Source: Octopus bimaculoides (lineage: Eukaryota). Taken from it: a stretch of DNA of 35,091 nt. The notes below the pieces were generated by a model, which was not told where the DNA came from, made no database searches, and saw only the letters and a program-made list of their open reading frames with translations. Location of the stretch: assembly GCF_001194135.2 (NCBI RefSeq), contig NC_068994.1:42473739-42508829 (forward strand), given 5' to 3'. Positions 34,120 to 35,091 of this stretch are shown here, piece after piece. A program made the translations under genes and the position numbers. Position 1 is the stretch's first letter. Every line of letters begins with the position of its first letter.

Positions 34120-34315
34120 TTAAGGCTGTGAGCCAGTAGAATCATTAGGGGACCCAACAAAGTGCCTTGTAGTATTTTTTGTGGTTTTATATTCTGAGTT
34201 CAAACTCTGCTGAGGCTGACTTTGCCTTTCATCCTCTTGGAATCTATAAACTAAGGATCTGTTAAGCACTCAGAGGTCAATGTAATCAACTAAGCCTTTC
34301 CCCTAGAATTTCAGT
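34120..34315 (+). mobile_element. SINE family 1
   Basis: TAAGGCTGTGAGCCAGTAGAATC head, GAGTTCAAACTCTGC and GACTTTGCCTTTCATCCTC. Confidence 0.75.
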
Positions 34316-34339
34316 TTATGTATTATTATTATTATTATT

Positions 34340-34900
34340 AAGTGAGAGAGCAGTGCATGTCATCAAAGTGACACTGGGGTAAAATATACGAAACCCATTA
34401 TACCCAACATGACTACCCGTCTGATAAGGGTACACCAGGCACATGCATCACAACCATATGTGCGCGACATGGTGATCTCGTATCAAGATAAACAGCGCAT
34501 GACCTCGCAGGTGGGGCCCAGTTAGAATTTTCTTCAGGTCGAGTAGCCCGTCCCGCTCAAAAGGTCCCTGAATAAGGTTTGTTTAAGGATGTTGAGCAAA
34601 ACACCCATGTTTCCAAAAGTGAATTATTCAAACCCCAAAGAATTCCTCTCAACACATGGCTATGATGCTCCCCCACTACTTCTGCTCATGATCAGAGATG
34701 CACATATCGTCAGCCACCAAGGGACATGCTCAACTGGTTAAGGTCAAACAACTGACAAGCAAATCTGTGGTATTAAGCAGAATATTTGCTGTAGCCCATC
34801 TTTTTATACCAAGACAAAACAATGTACATGATAACAGTTCCAATCAATTAAGATCAGAAGCCATGAGAGCCACTGCCTGGTACTGCATCCGGGCATGTTT
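34340..34900 (-). mobile_element. ~560-bp GC-richer interspersed repeat flanked on both sides by (AAT)n
   Basis: Sharp compositional boundaries and (TTA)n tracts at 34320-34340 and 34900-34917. I recall it as an abundant octopus repeat, unverified; the orientation is inferred from the tail. Confidence 0.55.
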
Positions 34901-34959
34901 ATTATTATTATTATTATGAATATGGTTGTTGCTGTTTTTATTATTATATTATCATTAAG

Positions 34960-35035
34960 ATTTTATGTATGTGTATATATGTGTGTGTGGATATATATGT
35001 GTAAATATATACATATATATGTACATATATAAATA

Positions 35036-35091
<56 letters not shown>
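34960..35091. repeat. (TA)n/(TG)n microsatellite
   Basis: Direct reading. Confidence 0.95.

Overview
AT-rich, repeat-saturated eukaryotic genomic DNA, most likely from an octopus. This is inferred from the SINE families, RTE 3' tails and very dense (TA)n/(CA)n/(AAT)n microsatellites; no database was consulted. I could not confidently identify any host protein-coding gene, tRNA or rRNA. Most ORFs in the supplied track are microsatellite translations or transposon fragments. Recognisable content: RTE-clade LINE 3' ends; five fragments of a Dong/R4-like LINE, each next to an (AAT)n tract; a decayed ~1.3-kb mariner with TIRs; a mariner MITE; many tRNA-type SINEs; a 76-N assembly gap. The best signal is a complete type I hammerhead ribozyme fold on the minus strand at 1298-1394, with an intact core, a palindromic stem III and an unusually long stem II. 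Two decayed hammerhead cores lie on the same strand (108-143 and 31347-31374). Also notable: a signal-peptide ORF broken by one frameshift (13089-13339, minus) and a composite satellite/inverted-repeat/telomere-like element (2737-4480). TE boundaries are approximate, read by eye.
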